The translations under genes were made by a program, and so were the position numbers. Shown one piece after another: positions 45,337-58,705 of a stretch of 64,000 bases of DNA. Location: assembly GCF_009914755.1 (NCBI RefSeq), contig NC_060929.1; one strand, given 5' to 3'. The DNA comes from the human T2T-CHM13v2.0 reference genome, Homo sapiens. A model generated the notes under the pieces. That model made no database searches. It worked only from the letters and a program-made list of their open reading frames with translations, and was not told the origin of the DNA. Every line of letters starts with the position of its first letter. Within the stretch, counting starts at the first letter, position 1.

Positions 45337-46712
45337 AGTCCAACCCTTGTCAATTTGAACCCATACACATCTCCTTAGATCATACATAATCTTTAAATAA
45401 AGACAATAATGAGGTCATAATTATGCCTAACGTAATACAACTATCTTTCATATAACCAGAAACCCACAAATCCCCAATCCAAATACTATTACATAAAGTT
45501 AATAACACCTAAATGCTGATAGGAAGTCAATAAATGTTATGTCACATGAGAAAGAAAAAGGAAATAAAATGAAATAAGGAAAGAAAAGAAAAAAAGGAAA
45601 GAAAATAAAATATTTTCTAGTACAAGTGTATACATGCACAAACAAGTTTTTAATGAAAGAAGGAGGAAGTACTCATGACAGTTACAGTCCTCATTTCTGC
45701 AGCTGGTCACGTGGTTTTAGCTCGTATTGATGACTACCTTCTTCTATTGCCCATTCTGTATTCCCCTTGTCTTCAGCAAGCACCTCAGCAGCTCCTAGAT
45801 TTTTTCTTGGTGGAGTGACCCAAACCTTCATTTCTGGAGTCTGGACAATTTGTAATCCTATCTGAAATGGGCTTTTATAGTTTCCCACTGACTTTAATCA
45901 CAGGGCATGGTAATACTAAGAGATGCCCTAATAGATTTCCTGTATTTCATGCATACTCTTCCTTAACCTCTGCTGTGGAGTAACAGACTGATTGCATCTT
46001 GATAGTCCAATTCAATCACCCCAGCCAACACTGTAACTCCTTTCTAAGTCTGTTGACTTAAAGGTAGGAGGAGCCCAAAGTGTCTAGGAGGCAATATTAA
46101 CTTCCAGTTTAATTGAATCACTGTTACGTCTCCTAGTAGCAGCATTCCTCTGTCTGGATCTAAGACCTCTAATATCGCAGGAACAGGAAGCTAAAATTTT
46201 GATATTGGGTCACTAGAGGTGATGGTGAGTGGTGCCACCACCATACATGGTAACTTAATGACCCACAGTAAAACATTCAGTTTCCACCAAAGCCGAGTAA
46301 CAGGCCAAGAGCTGTCTCTCAAAAGGAGAGTAGTTATCTGCAGAAGATGGCAGGGCATTGCTCCAAAACCCTAGAGGCCTCCGCTATAATTCACCTATGG
46401 AAGCCTGCTTAAGGCTCTCAACAGCATCACTATCTGCCACTCAAGCACCACTGGATCTGCTGGGTCATATGGCCCAAGTGGCAGAGTAGCTTACGCAGCA
46501 GCCTGGACCTGTTGCAGAGCTTTCTCCTTTTCTGGACCCTGCTCAAAACTGGCAGCCTTTTAAGTCACTTGATAAATAGACCCAAGTAACACACCCAAAT
46601 GAGGAATATGTTGCCCCCCAAATTCAAATAGGTCCACTAGGTATTGTACCTCTCTCTTGGTTGTAGAAAGAGTCAGATGCAGAAACTTATCCTTTACCTT
46701 GGAAGGAATATC

Positions 46713-47192
46713 TCAACAGGCCCCACACCATTGGACCCCTAGGTATTTTACTGAGGTAGAAGTTCCCTGACTTTTAGTCAGATTTATTTCCCATCTTCTG
46801 GCACACAAATGTTTCACCAATAAGTCCAGTGTGCTTGCTACCTCTTGCTCACTGGATCCAATCAGCCTAATGCCATCAATGTAATGGAATGGTGTGATAT
46901 CTTGTGGAAGCAAAAAACAATGTCTCCAAATAAGATTATGACACCAAGCCGGAGAGTTGATATACTCCTGAGGTAGGACCTTACAGTTACGTGGCTGGCC
47001 TTGCCAGCTGAAGACAAATTGCTTCTGGTGGGCCTTATGGACAGGAATGGAGAAAAAGGCATTTTCCAAGTCAATGGCTGCATAACAGATACTAGGACAT
47101 GTGTTAATTTGCTCAAGCAATGAAACCACATCTGGTACAGCAGCTGAAATTGGAGTCACCACTTTGTTAAGCTTACGATAATCCACTATCAT
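46713..47192 (-). pseudogene. HERV-L pol reverse transcriptase remnant
   Basis: VDYRKLNKVV, AIDLENAFFSIPV, VLPQEYINSP and HYIDGI (YIDD degraded to YIDG). Confidence 0.92.
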
Positions 47193-47371
47193 TTTCCAGG
47201 TTCATCTGTTCCGCAGAGGCCAAATGGGAGAGTTGAACAGGGATGTGGTGGGAATCACTGCCTCGGTGTCTTTCAAGTGCTTGATGGTGGCACTAATCTC
47301 TGCAATCCCTCCAGGGATATGATATTGTTTTTGATTTAGTATTTTTCTAGGTATAGGCAGCTCTAATGACT

Positions 47372-48030
47372 GATGGCAGCATGGATCAGGGAAGGGACAT
47401 TGCCACTGCTGGGGATGGGGAAGCTGTTCCTTCTGGCAAAAATGGTTCATTAGAATTTACAAACTCAGTGTCCTTGGCTTCATCAGGGTCCTCCTCCATA
47501 TCCCCATTTCAAGCTGCATGTTCCCATTCTTTTCCAATCAGTGCTTTCATTTTAACAGTAGACTCTTGGTGAGGCTGTACATGCATCTTTCATTGCAGGT
47601 CAGTCACTCACATAATAAGAGCTTGTGTTTGTGTTTCCACAATTTCAGCTCTTTCTCTACAGGAGATAAGACTCCCACTCAGGGCAATCCTAGCAGACTT
47701 GAGGCTCGTATCTGCTTCTGAAGTCGGGAGACAGAATCCCTGAGTTCATCATTTTATTTCATCACTTTGTCCACCACTGAACTTAAGAACAACCAACCAG
47801 CTTCATTATGTCCTTGGTTCTCAACATATGGTCAAAGGTATTATGTATAGAGTCACCAAACTCTTTGCCTCTTAAGAGCAGTGAATCAGGAGTGTCAAAT
47901 GCATTTATTTTGCGTAACTCTTTAAACTGTTTCTGCCAAGGACTATCAGTGTTCTCCACACTATTAGAAGCAGAGTCTTTAGCATTTTTGGGTCTAATCA
48001 TATAAGCAGCCAACTCCAGAAACCCCAATA
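47372..48030 (-). pseudogene. HERV-L gag N-terminal remnant
   Basis: IRPKNAKDSASNSVENTDSPW...KINAFDTPDS lies just downstream of the 5' LTR; frame is broken. Confidence 0.8.
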
Positions 48031-48092
48031 CCAATGAAAGAACTCCATCCTTAATATTCTGTTCCTCTATAACCACTCCTGGTACTAAAATT

Positions 48093-48118
48093 TGCATTAG
48101 TCAGGGTTCTCTTAAAGG

Positions 48119-48180
<62 letters not shown>

Positions 48181-48818
48181 TAAATATATATCCTATTAGT
48201 GTGTATATATATAAATATATATATCCTATTAGTGTATATATTTATATATATTCCTATTTGTTAGGAATATATATATATCCTATTAGTTGTATGTATATAA
48301 GTACGTAATAAAGTCATATATACACATATATATCTTAATAAAGTCAGTATACACATATATATACGTATACATATACATACATATATACACACATATATGT
48401 ATCTATATATATACATGTATGTATGTGTATATATATGTATATACATGACTTTATTAACAATTAAGTTACACAATCACAAGGTCCCACAATAGGCTGTCTG
48501 CAAGCTTAGGAGCAATGAAAGCCATTCCAAGTCTTACAACTGAAGAACTTGGAGTCCGATGTCCCAGGGCAGGAAGCATCCAGCATAGGAGAAAGATGTA
48601 GGCTAGGAGGCTAGGCCCATCTCTCTTTTTCATGTTTTTCTGCCTGCTTTATATTTGCTTGAAGCTCATCAGATTCTGCCCACCAGATTAAGGGTGGATC
48701 TGCCTTTCCCAGCCTACTGACTCAAATGTAAATCTCTTTTGGCAACACCCACACAGACACACCCAGGATTAAGTATCCCTCAATCCAATCAAGTTGGCAC
48801 TCAGTATTAACCATCACT
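48093..48818 (-). mobile_element. 5' LTR (MLT2A1-type) with an expanded TA-rich tract of about 325 bp
   Basis: Both termini present (tgcattagtcagggttctct ... cagtattaaccatcact); TATA-like aatataaag on the minus strand near 48646-48655. Confidence 0.92.
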
Positions 48819-49749
48819 GTCCCTGTGGGGTATTATGCAGATTACTTGGGTGACAAAATTGTCTCTACACCAAATCCCAGCTACATGCAATAAATTACCC
48901 ATGTAACCTGTACATGTACTCTATGAACCTAAATTAATTTTAGAAAAAGAAAAAAAAGATTTAACCTAATAAAAATAATAATGTACTGAGTTTCCTTTTA
49001 TCTCTTTAAAAATAAATCATGGACATATGGTATTTAGTATAAAAATATGTACTACCAAATTAAGAATGAAAGAAAGCAAAATACAAAAAAGAAAACAGTA
49101 ACAAAATACTTAGTTCTGTTAAACTTAAAAGATAATTTCATAGAAAATATCTGGAAATAAATATGTACCACATAATATTTCTCTGGGTTGCAAATTTCAG
49201 GAGCTAATAATGAAATTAATTGTGTATATATGACTGTTATGTTTCCTATGTCTATCTCCCATGAGCACATTCAATAAATAAGGATATGGTAAATTTTTCT
49301 GGAATTTTTTGGTTCCTTATACAGATTTTTTTTCTTGTAGCAGTACTTGAATTTCCTTTTGAAGTATTAATTCTGCTCCATTTTTTGAGTCCTTGTGTGA
49401 GCTTGTGTTGTGGGTCCTATCTTCTGTTATCCGCAACTCTCTTATCTTTCCTTCCCTTACTTTTCCTTCATTTTCCATTTTTCCTTTCATATTTCTTGCT
49501 CTTTCTGATAAAAGGATATAATACTCATTCGTACATATCATTAAAGCTAAGCCAATTCCTAGAATTCAATACTACAACAACATAATGAAGAGATAAACTT
49601 TGTCTCCACAAGATTGTGGAATGCTTACTAGTCTTAAGACTCTATAAGGTCCCTGTTCCCTCTTCCTTTACTTGTTCTTTGACCTTCAATCCTGTGAATT
49701 CTACCTTTACAAAAATTTTCAAACATTAAACAAAATTAACCAGTTATTT

Positions 49750-51380
49750 CCACTTTCAGTCAAGATGGAGAAACAAGAATTGGATTTACTCTCACACCTG
49801 ATAGATAATTTATACACACACCCATACACAAACACACACACACACGCATAGAGGAATAATGTTCCTCAATAAGTTGTTTATCAATGAAGGACAATAATTA
49901 CTTAGAGAAGGGAAATAAATAAGGTAACCTTATGATTTCTTCAGTTTAATGCCTGGAGAAAAGTTGCTAAACCACAAGAGAAGGGAAAACCCAGACAGGG
50001 CCAGTACGTCTCACTGAGATGAGGAGACAGAGCTGGAAGGAGGTGGAGAGCAAAACAGCTAGAGATAATGAAACCTAACTGAGCAGACAGAGCTGAACTG
50101 AGAGAGAATTCTGAAGATCTTAGGTTTTCACCAGATATTAATCAAACTGTGGTTATAAGAGCACTGGGTGAAAATGAGAAAGAACTACCCAAAAGTAACA
50201 AAAACGATAAACCCCTAAGCTCACACAGTACAAGGAATAATGCCTATTTCCCTCAATTAAAAAAAAAGAATACACATACAAATAATGGACTCTGAGTAGA
50301 GAACCTAGAAGAGTCTGCCTCAGTAGTGAGGCGAAATTAACCCTAAAATAAAAACTGCTGTTATTTCAGCTCACAAACCGAGATTGTAAAGGAGCAAAAC
50401 ATTTTCAGTAACTTAATTTTGTTCCCCCAAATATCAAGTGATATTTATAGAAATACACAAATATCAACCACAAGATAAATTCACAATGTCATGGCCTGGA
50501 AAACTCAATATTTTAAGATACTACTTGTTCCCCAATCTATCTAATGCAATGCTAACCAAAAGACAAGCCAGTTTGTTTGTAGAAATTGGCAATATAACTC
50601 TAAAATTTATTTGGAAATAAAAGGTCACGAGGGTGACCAAAACAGTTTTGAAAAATAAGAGAAGAAACTCTATGTACAGCAGTTATTGTGTGGCTGCTGT
50701 ATTCAAGATACTGTGTTACAGTCATCCATTTAGACACACCACACTATAGATCAGAATACTGAGTCTAAAAATAGACAATTTACATATGTTCACTTGATTT
50801 TCAACAGGGTTACAAAGATGATTCAGTAGAGAAATATATATTCTTAACAAATGGAACTGGAACAACTGTACATCCATATGCAAAAACAATGAATCTCAAT
50901 CCATATGTTATATTGTATGCCAAAAAAACTCACAACGGATCATGACCCTAAATATAAAACTTAACATTATGAAACTCATGGACAAAACCATAGAAAAAAA
51001 ATCAGTGAAAGGATACTTAAGTTCCATATTAAAACCACAATCCATAAAAGGTGGTTGAATTTACACAATGAATTTTATTAAAATTAAGAACATCTGCTTT
51101 TTGAAAGATACTGTTAAGAGAGTGAAATAACAAGTTAAGACTGGGAAAGATATTTGCAAGTATATATCTGATAATGAAATTACATTCAGAATACGTAAAG
51201 AAATCTCCATTTTTAATAATAAGGAAACAGCCCAAATGAAATAAACAGGTAGATGATTTAAACACTTAGCATAGATATACAGATAACATCTTAGCATATG
51301 AAAAGATACTCAATGTTATCTATCATTGGAGACATACAAATTAAAATCACAATGTGATGCCATCACATACCTATGAAAAT
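49750..51380 (+). mobile_element. Old L1M fragments (5'-end-like piece, then ORF2 3' region)
   Basis: gtttgtagaaattggcaatataactctaaaatttatttggaaa and caaatggaactggaacaactgtacatccatatgcaaaa are old L1 ORF2 sequence. Confidence 0.75.
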
Positions 51381-51384
51381 TTTG

Positions 51385-51719
51385 TAGTAACACTGGGGCC
51401 TCATGTAGTCTCTCAGTGTTGCTTGGCTTCCACATAGCAAGTGGCCTCAGGAAGTCAAACCTCTTACACGGTAGTTCAGCATTCTAAGCATGCCAGTTCC
51501 AACAAACATGAGAAAAAATATCTTAACTCAGATTTGGGAGTGACACAGTGGCACCAACACTGCAATCTATTGGTCAAAGCAGCCAGAAACCCACACAGAT
51601 TTATGGAGAAGGAAATTAGATTTTACCTATTGATAGGAGAGCAGCAAGGGCACATTATAAAGGAGCATTTGAAAGCAGACATACTGTTCCACGAATCTTT
51701 GGAAAATACTCTGTCTACA
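51385..51719 (-). mobile_element. MaLR LTR fragment (MLT1F-like)
   Basis: gtggcctcaggaagtcaaacctcttacacgg...tctattggtcaaagcag...atctttggaaaatactctgtctaca. Confidence 0.7.
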
Positions 51720-53009
51720 GCAATGGGAGCCACAAATTCAGAGTCTATAAGAATTTCCCCCACAAATTACTTATAATTGTAAAATGAAAAAAGAATGGAT
51801 CTTTATACTATCAACATTACAGATATGTCCCCAATAAGGAGTAATTAAAATGCTAGTCTCACCCATGTTTCCAGATCATAGTTCAACTAGAGAAAAAAAA
51901 AAAAAATCATCACTCCTAATTATGCAAATGTGGGAATATTGATAGACATTATCCTTGGATTACGATGTTACTAAGGGATGAAGTCTGTTCTCTGATATAT
52001 ATCTGGTGTAAAAAATTTGTCCTTGCAGAAGTCATTGGCCAATTTAAAGAGGCTTTCTTAAAATGTCTAAAGCCGACTTCCTGCAGATCCTCTTTCTCTC
52101 ATTACCAAGTATCACACTATTTTCTCTTTATGGTGCATATATATAAGCTATAAAACAATACATTACTGCTTCTTCCCTTGGACTTATAATGTCACCTCTT
52201 TATTTGAAGCAAGCATCTAGTCATTTTCTTTCATCTTTTCACAAGTGCATATTATACTTTAGTTCTCTAGATAATTACCTCTTTCACTTTTATCACCCTG
52301 CTTCTGGCTAACTTCCACATCACAGCTACTATGAGGTAATATGAACCACTCCTAAGTAAATGATATTCTTGAAACTGCTGACCAGAAAATTTTACATCCC
52401 TATAGAAGTTATAGATACAGCAATGCCTTAGGATCTCTTTTGAAAAGTGGCAAATACATCTGGTTATTCTGCAAATTTCTAAACCCTGAGTTATACCTGT
52501 CATCATTGCAGGATTCAAAAAAGTGTTCCTGCTCTATCTTTGTATGTCAAACATAAGATTAATTCGTCCTTAGGGGTATACAATTTTAGGAGCTTGGATT
52601 TTATTCAATCTGGCATCAAAATAAGGTAAAATTTTGTCTTTGCAGGTTTGTCTTTCGTCTAAGTAGGTTATTGTAACTATTTAAATCTAAGGATTTCATT
52701 TACCAATCCAGGTGAAAACAGAATACAAACATCATAGGTAGCATTTGAAAATTAAAGGTAACATATTATGTAAAAATAAAATTATATAAGGCTAGAATCC
52801 AAGATTAGTATTTTCACACTTTGATGGTGTGTTAAAAAGAGGTGAAGAAATAAGGAACATGGTGTCTTTTCTTCATTAAAGCTGAGAAAAAATGAAAAAA
52901 AAGTTGTTGATCCTGCATAGAATATTAGAAAGAATACCTCTTTGAATGTCACTGTTATACAAACTTCGGGTGATTTGTGCTAAGGATGCTCATCCTTTAA
53001 GAAAAAAAA

Positions 53010-53260
53010 ATATTTTGAGATTTCTGTTGATTCACATGCAATTGAAAGAAATAAAACAAAGAGATCTCATATACTTTCATCTAGTTTCTCAATATGTTAA
53101 GATCATGCATATTTTGTAGAATATCACTCCCAAGAAATTGACATTGATACAATTCACTAATTTCAGATTTCATCAGTTTTACATGCATTCATTTGTATGT
53201 ATGTGTGTATTTAGTTCTATGCAATTTTATTACTTTTAGATTCCCGTGATCACCACTCTA
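53010..53260 (-). mobile_element. Old L1M (L1MC-type) 3' end
   Basis: gattcacatgcaattgaaagaaataaaacaaagagatc...gaaattgacattgatacaat. Confidence 0.7.
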
Positions 53261-53822
53261 GCATTTTCAGTATGTCCTTTAAACTCTTGTCCCTCAAAGG
53301 GACACTTTGGATGTCATTGATTCTTTTATGTTCCTAGGTTACAAAGAGAATGTAAGATTGACTCTGGTAACACTGTTAGAAAACATGTACTCTATAAATA
53401 ATGATGGGCAATTCACTGAGACTCAAAATGGACACAGGAATAGGTGTCATACAAAAGGGATGGCTTTAGTGACTCACTATCTAATATTTGAAAATGTCAA
53501 TAGTTGTAATAATAACATGTCATGATAATAATAATAATAAAATAACTGCAACTAGTTGAGCCTGTAAAAGACGGTAATTCCCTGGAGATACTTAAATGAG
53601 AAAATTCCATGGAAAATGTATAAAAAATGTGAATATATTACAGAGTAAATATAACTAGAATAAGATGTTTATAATTTTTTATTTATAATAGGTGGGACAA
53701 AATATTTGAATGTTTTTCCCTTCATAATAATATACTAATTTGCAAAATACGAAAAAAATATTTATACATATACACACACACATACACACATACACAAACA
53801 CATGCATATCTCACATGTGTAA

Positions 53823-54953
53823 CGTGGCTAGCTCCATGGACCTGTGACTTGTGCAGTTAGAGTTCAACATTTGTAGAGATCCCATACTTGGTTGCATCCT
53901 CTCATGTCACCATCTTGAAATTCTTCATTGTATCTTTAAACTTGTGCTTTGTAAGCAAACTCTGATTTGATCAAAGAACATGCCTGTGAGCAGAGAGTGA
54001 TAGAATATGCATGTTTTGGTTATTTGCTGCCCCAAGGGCACCATTTCCAGTACCCTTTGAACTCAGGATGCTAGTGAACCCACACTGCATGGCAGTTCAT
54101 TGAGACTCCAAGTGGACATAGGGTACACATTTTAGGGTGGCTTACCTTGCGCACACTCAGAGTCTTCCTGAAAAATCATGCATCAAGGCCATGAGAATTG
54201 TGTGCTCTTTCCATTACTAGGTATGACTGATTAGGCAAGGCCACTGACAAACCAAAGAAGCTGCATTTGCCATGTGAACATTTCTGTATTGGCCAACCAA
54301 TTATGCTGAAAATCATGACATAAAAGTAAAGTGGAAAAAAAAGCAATCTACAGATTTTTCCCCCTGTTTATCCAACTCATCAGTAAGCTAATGAGAGTCT
54401 TAATAGTGTGCATACAATCAAGAAGCAAAATAATAATAGTTGAATTAGATTTTTTCAGTGTTTCCATTTTTCAGTTAAGAATAAAATAAGTATGATCCAC
54501 ATATTATGATCTTTGTATTTTTGGTGATCCCACATTGGAGTTAAATGCTGTTACCTCTGCATTTAAAACTGGTGTTGAACAGTATATGAATGAATGCTAA
54601 AAGTCATTCTAAAATTATAAAATTTTGCTTTTTCTTTACATAGAATAGCATTAAATGGCAAACGAAAACATCATTAGTATATTTAGAAATAGCTAATGGG
54701 TACTAAGCTTAATACATGAGTGATGAAATAATCTGTACAACAAACCCCCATGACACACGTTTACTTATGTGAAAAACCTGCACTTGTATTCCTGAACTTA
54801 AAAGCTAAAAAAAAAATTAAAAAGAGAAAGAAGTGGAAGAAAGGGAAAGCTGTATAAATTAGTACCATTAATGGCACTCTTTATTTTCTTTGTGAACGAG
54901 GGGCCTATATTTTCATTTTGCACTGGGCCCAACGAATTGTGCACCTGGCACCG
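53823..54953 (+). mobile_element. hAT-Tip100 DNA transposon relic (MER45B/C-like)
   Basis: MER45-type ends: ccatcttgaaattctt near the left; gaggggcctatattttcattttgcactgggccc at the right. Confidence 0.8.
54685..54823 (+). mobile_element. Short L1PA (about PA11-PA13) 3' tip inserted in MER45
   Basis: ctaatgggtactaagcttaatac...gaaataatctgtacaacaaacccccatgacac...cctgaacttaaaa plus A tail. Confidence 0.85.
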
Positions 54954-54959
54954 AATGCA

Positions 54960-57430
54960 GTAAATTATAAAGGATAAAATATGTTGTGAATAAATGTTGT
55001 TCATTCAAATAATACAATATTTACTATCCCAAAATTATCATAATTCACAATATAAAGAGACTTTAAACAAACACTGTCATTTTAATACTTGCAGAAAAAT
55101 CATCTGTAAAATTAAACACTTAATTATTTGGTGTATTAGAAAGAGAAGGGGACTCCCTCAACTTGATAAAGGCATTTGTGAAAAATAAATGAAAAGCTAA
55201 GATGTAGTTAATACTAAAGACAGATGGATTTCTGATGTGTTCAGTAACACAGACAGGAGATCTGCTGCCACTGTTTTTTATTGTACAATGTGGGAGAGAT
55301 CCGAGCCAATGAAATAAGATGGGAAAAAATGACTACATGACATAAAGATTAGAAAGAAGGAGGAAAATGAAAACTTTTTTTTTCACAAATAACAGGCCAT
55401 CTATGTAGAAAATTATAAATACTTTACAAACATTCTGTTAGAATTAAGAAGTGAGTTTAACTTCTACAGAATGCAAGATTAATGTATTATTTATTAAAAA
55501 CTTTACTTCTATGTACTTTCAACAAACAAGGGGAAATTTGTAGTTGAGAATAGCACTATTTACAAGACTATCAGAAATATAAAATATTGAGGGAAAACTT
55601 TGGTAATGTATGTGTAACACCTATACAACCAAAATGTTTCTAAAATATATTCAGAAAACCTAAATGAATGGAGATACACACTATGTTCATCTGTGAGGAG
55701 CCTCCAGATATTAAAATGTCAATTGTTCCCCTAATGACACTAGATTTAATGCACTCCCAACTGGAATCCCAATATTTTGTTTGATAAAATTGAACACTAA
55801 ATTTATAACTTATATGAAAATGCAAATAGCTTATATTATGCTAAATAATTTTTATTTTTATTTGTTTTCATTTTTAATTTTAATTTTTTGAGACAGGTTC
55901 TTGTTCTGTTGCCCAGGCTGAAGCGCAGTGGTGTGATCACAGCTACTTACAGCCTCCACCTCCCAGACTCAAGCAATCCTCCACCTCTGACTCCTGAGTA
56001 GCAGGAACTACAGGTGAGTGACACCATACCTGGCTATTAAAAAAAAAAAATTGTAGAGAAAGGGTCTCATTATATTGACCAGCTTGGTCTCAAACTTCTG
56101 GCATCAAGCAATCCTCCCGCCTTGCCCTCCCAAAGAACTGTGATTACAGGCATGAGCCACTGAACCTGGCACTGAATCATTTTTTAAAAGGAAGAACAAT
56201 GTTGAAGCACTTACATTTTGCAATCTTAAAACTTACTGGAAGTATACAGCAATCAAGATAGTGTAGAATAGGGTTGGACATATAGATTCATGAAAAAAAT
56301 AGAGTGTCATAATACCCATACGTGATTACGTACTTGAATGTGACCAGCTGATTTTTGTCAAAGATGTCAAGTGTTTTTATCGAAAAGGGCAGTGTTTTCG
56401 ACATTTTTTCTTGAAGAATTAGATACTTATACTTTAAAACAATCTTTACCTTTTCTTCACACCTTATAAAAACTTAATTTGAAATGCATCATAGGATTAC
56501 ATGTAAGTGCTAAAATCAGAAAGCCTTTTGCAGCAATCCTGGGGGGTAATCCAACTTGAATTTGGCAAAGATCTTACATAGGGCATAAAAGCACAAATAA
56601 TAACATACAAAAACGTTAGCCTTCATTAAAATTAAAACTTTTTTTCATCCAAAGACACTGACAGTAAGTTAAAAAGACAACCTAACAAACTGGGAGAAAG
56701 TACTTTCAAATCAAATACATAAGTAAAAACTATTAGCATTCAACAAATAAAGGACAAACCACTTGATTAAATAGACAAAGACAATTCACCAAATAATATG
56801 TGTGTGTGTGCAATTTTATGGTAAACGCAACCATGAAAAATGTGTCAACATCATTTGTCATTAAAGAAATGAAAATTAACAGTCTAATACCTCTACATAA
56901 TCACTGGAAAAGTTACATTTCAAATAACAATATCATGCATTGGCGATGATGTTGAGTTGAGAAATGAGAACTCTCATATACTGCATATAGACACACAAAA
57001 TATACTTGAATGTCCACAGTAATTTTTTAATAACCTAAAAATAAAAATAGATGTGTGTCTAATGGTGACTGAATAAACTATTTTGGAATGCCCCAGAATG
57101 AAATATTTTAAATCAGATATATGGGTTAATCTAAAAAAATAGGCTAAATGAAAGGAGACAGACAGAAAAGACAATGTTGTGTATGATTCCATTTCTATGA
57201 CACCGTAACAGAGGCAAAATTACAGTGACAGAATAAAGATCAATGATTTTCAGGATCCAGAGGTTGAGGGAGGAAAATGAATGTAAGTGAAAGTGAAAAT
57301 ATTGAGGGAGAAGGAAAGATAAATCTACATTACATATAGCTTACATATTTTTAGAATCAATACAACTGTACACTTAAAATTTGTAAAATTTTACTACTTG
57401 GAAATTATATCTTGACAAATCTTTCTTAAC
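54960..57430 (+). mobile_element. Old L1M (L1ME/L1MC-like) ORF2 and 3' UTR, interrupted by AluJ
   Basis: ctccctcaacttgataaaggcatttgtgaaaaa, ctatgtagaaaat, and the 3' end gtatgattccatttctatga...actgtacacttaaaa. Confidence 0.78.
55849..56171 (-). mobile_element. AluJ
   Basis: J-type ctcaagcaatcctcc in both arms; degenerate TSD ctaaataatttt/ctgaatcatttt. Confidence 0.92.
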
Positions 57431-57589
57431 TTAAAAATATATTGTCTTCTGTCATCAGACATGTAGTATGATACAGAAGGGGGTTTTCGAGGCCAGCTTG
57501 TCATACGACTCATTTTCTTTTACATATAACTTACCTTTCTTTTTTGCACTTTTTAAAATACTAATAATTCCTAAAATGAAAACATACCA

Positions 57590-58400
57590 GAAAAAATCTA
57601 GATTTGAGCAAAGATTTTATTTGAATTGAGGCAAGCTCCTTCGAGCTGTATATATATACGCTTTTAAGGTACATTTATAATTTTTTCATCTGCAGCTTTT
57701 AAAATTTTAATATACTACTCTCAATACCTGACAATGCTTGGTTGATAATGAAAATTGCACCTCCATGTAGCTTTAATTTTTGTTTACCATCTGATAATCC
57801 ACTCTTAAATTCATCTCTTTAAGAAAAATGTTGTGTTGCCCTTTCTGTGAATTACTTCCTTATAGCATTTACACATTTTTCTACCGTGTTTTGATCTATT
57901 TGATACTAAATTTTAGTCTATATATGTTAGGGAATTTAACTCATATGGCAAAAATTTAGCAAGTATTTTTCTAAGGCTGGTCATTCTTTTTCTAAGCCTT
58001 ATGTAGTTACATTTATTAAACTTTCTTTTGTGGTTACCTGATAGAAGTCCATATTTAAAAAGGCCTTTCTCATGTGATGATGATAAAGCAATTTTATCAT
58101 GATTTGTTCTAATAAACTCATGTTATTTTTTACATATAACATGTATACTTTGAATTTGTCCTGGTTACCACTATAAGTATGGGTTTATGTTTATGTCAAT
58201 GATAAAATGACAACTCAGTTGTCTAAACAATTTTATTAAATATAGAATTTAGATCACTGATTGAGTGGCCTCTTTTTTTTTCATAGAATAAGTTTCCATA
58301 TGTATTTGAGTCAATTTCTAGACTTTCTGGTCTCTTTTATTGTTAATCAATTTAGTCGTTTTACAGTGTTATATTTTTCTTTTCAATCTTTGAGGCTTTA
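57590..58400 (-). mobile_element. Very old antisense L1M fragments
   Basis: T-rich antisense L1-like text (tcagttgtctaaacaattttattaaata; tttccatatgtatttgagtcaatttctagactttct). Confidence 0.55.
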
Positions 58401-58412
58401 AAAATTTTTATA

Positions 58413-58705
<293 letters not shown>

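Larger units (their letters stand above)
44861..48818 (-). mobile_element. HERV-L provirus, internally deleted, with two MLT2A1-type LTRs
   Basis: Two homologous direct LTR copies (about 44958-45336 and 48093-48818); gag-like and RT-like ORF remnants on the minus strand between them. Confidence 0.93.
42905..48960 (+). mobile_element. Older 5'-truncated L1 (L1PA16/17 to L1PB-like), split by HERV-L: body 42905-44860, 3' end 48819-48960
   Basis: Broken ORF2p pieces ([27 protein letters not shown]; KDSLFNKW); the 3' UTR resumes after the provirus (gggtattatgc...gtgacaaaatt...tgaacctaaa plus A-rich tail). Confidence 0.92.

Noticed and set aside
56039-56050. A-run in the linker of an antisense AluJ
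   Set aside because: Linker A/T-run turnover is common in old Alus; nothing locus-specific.
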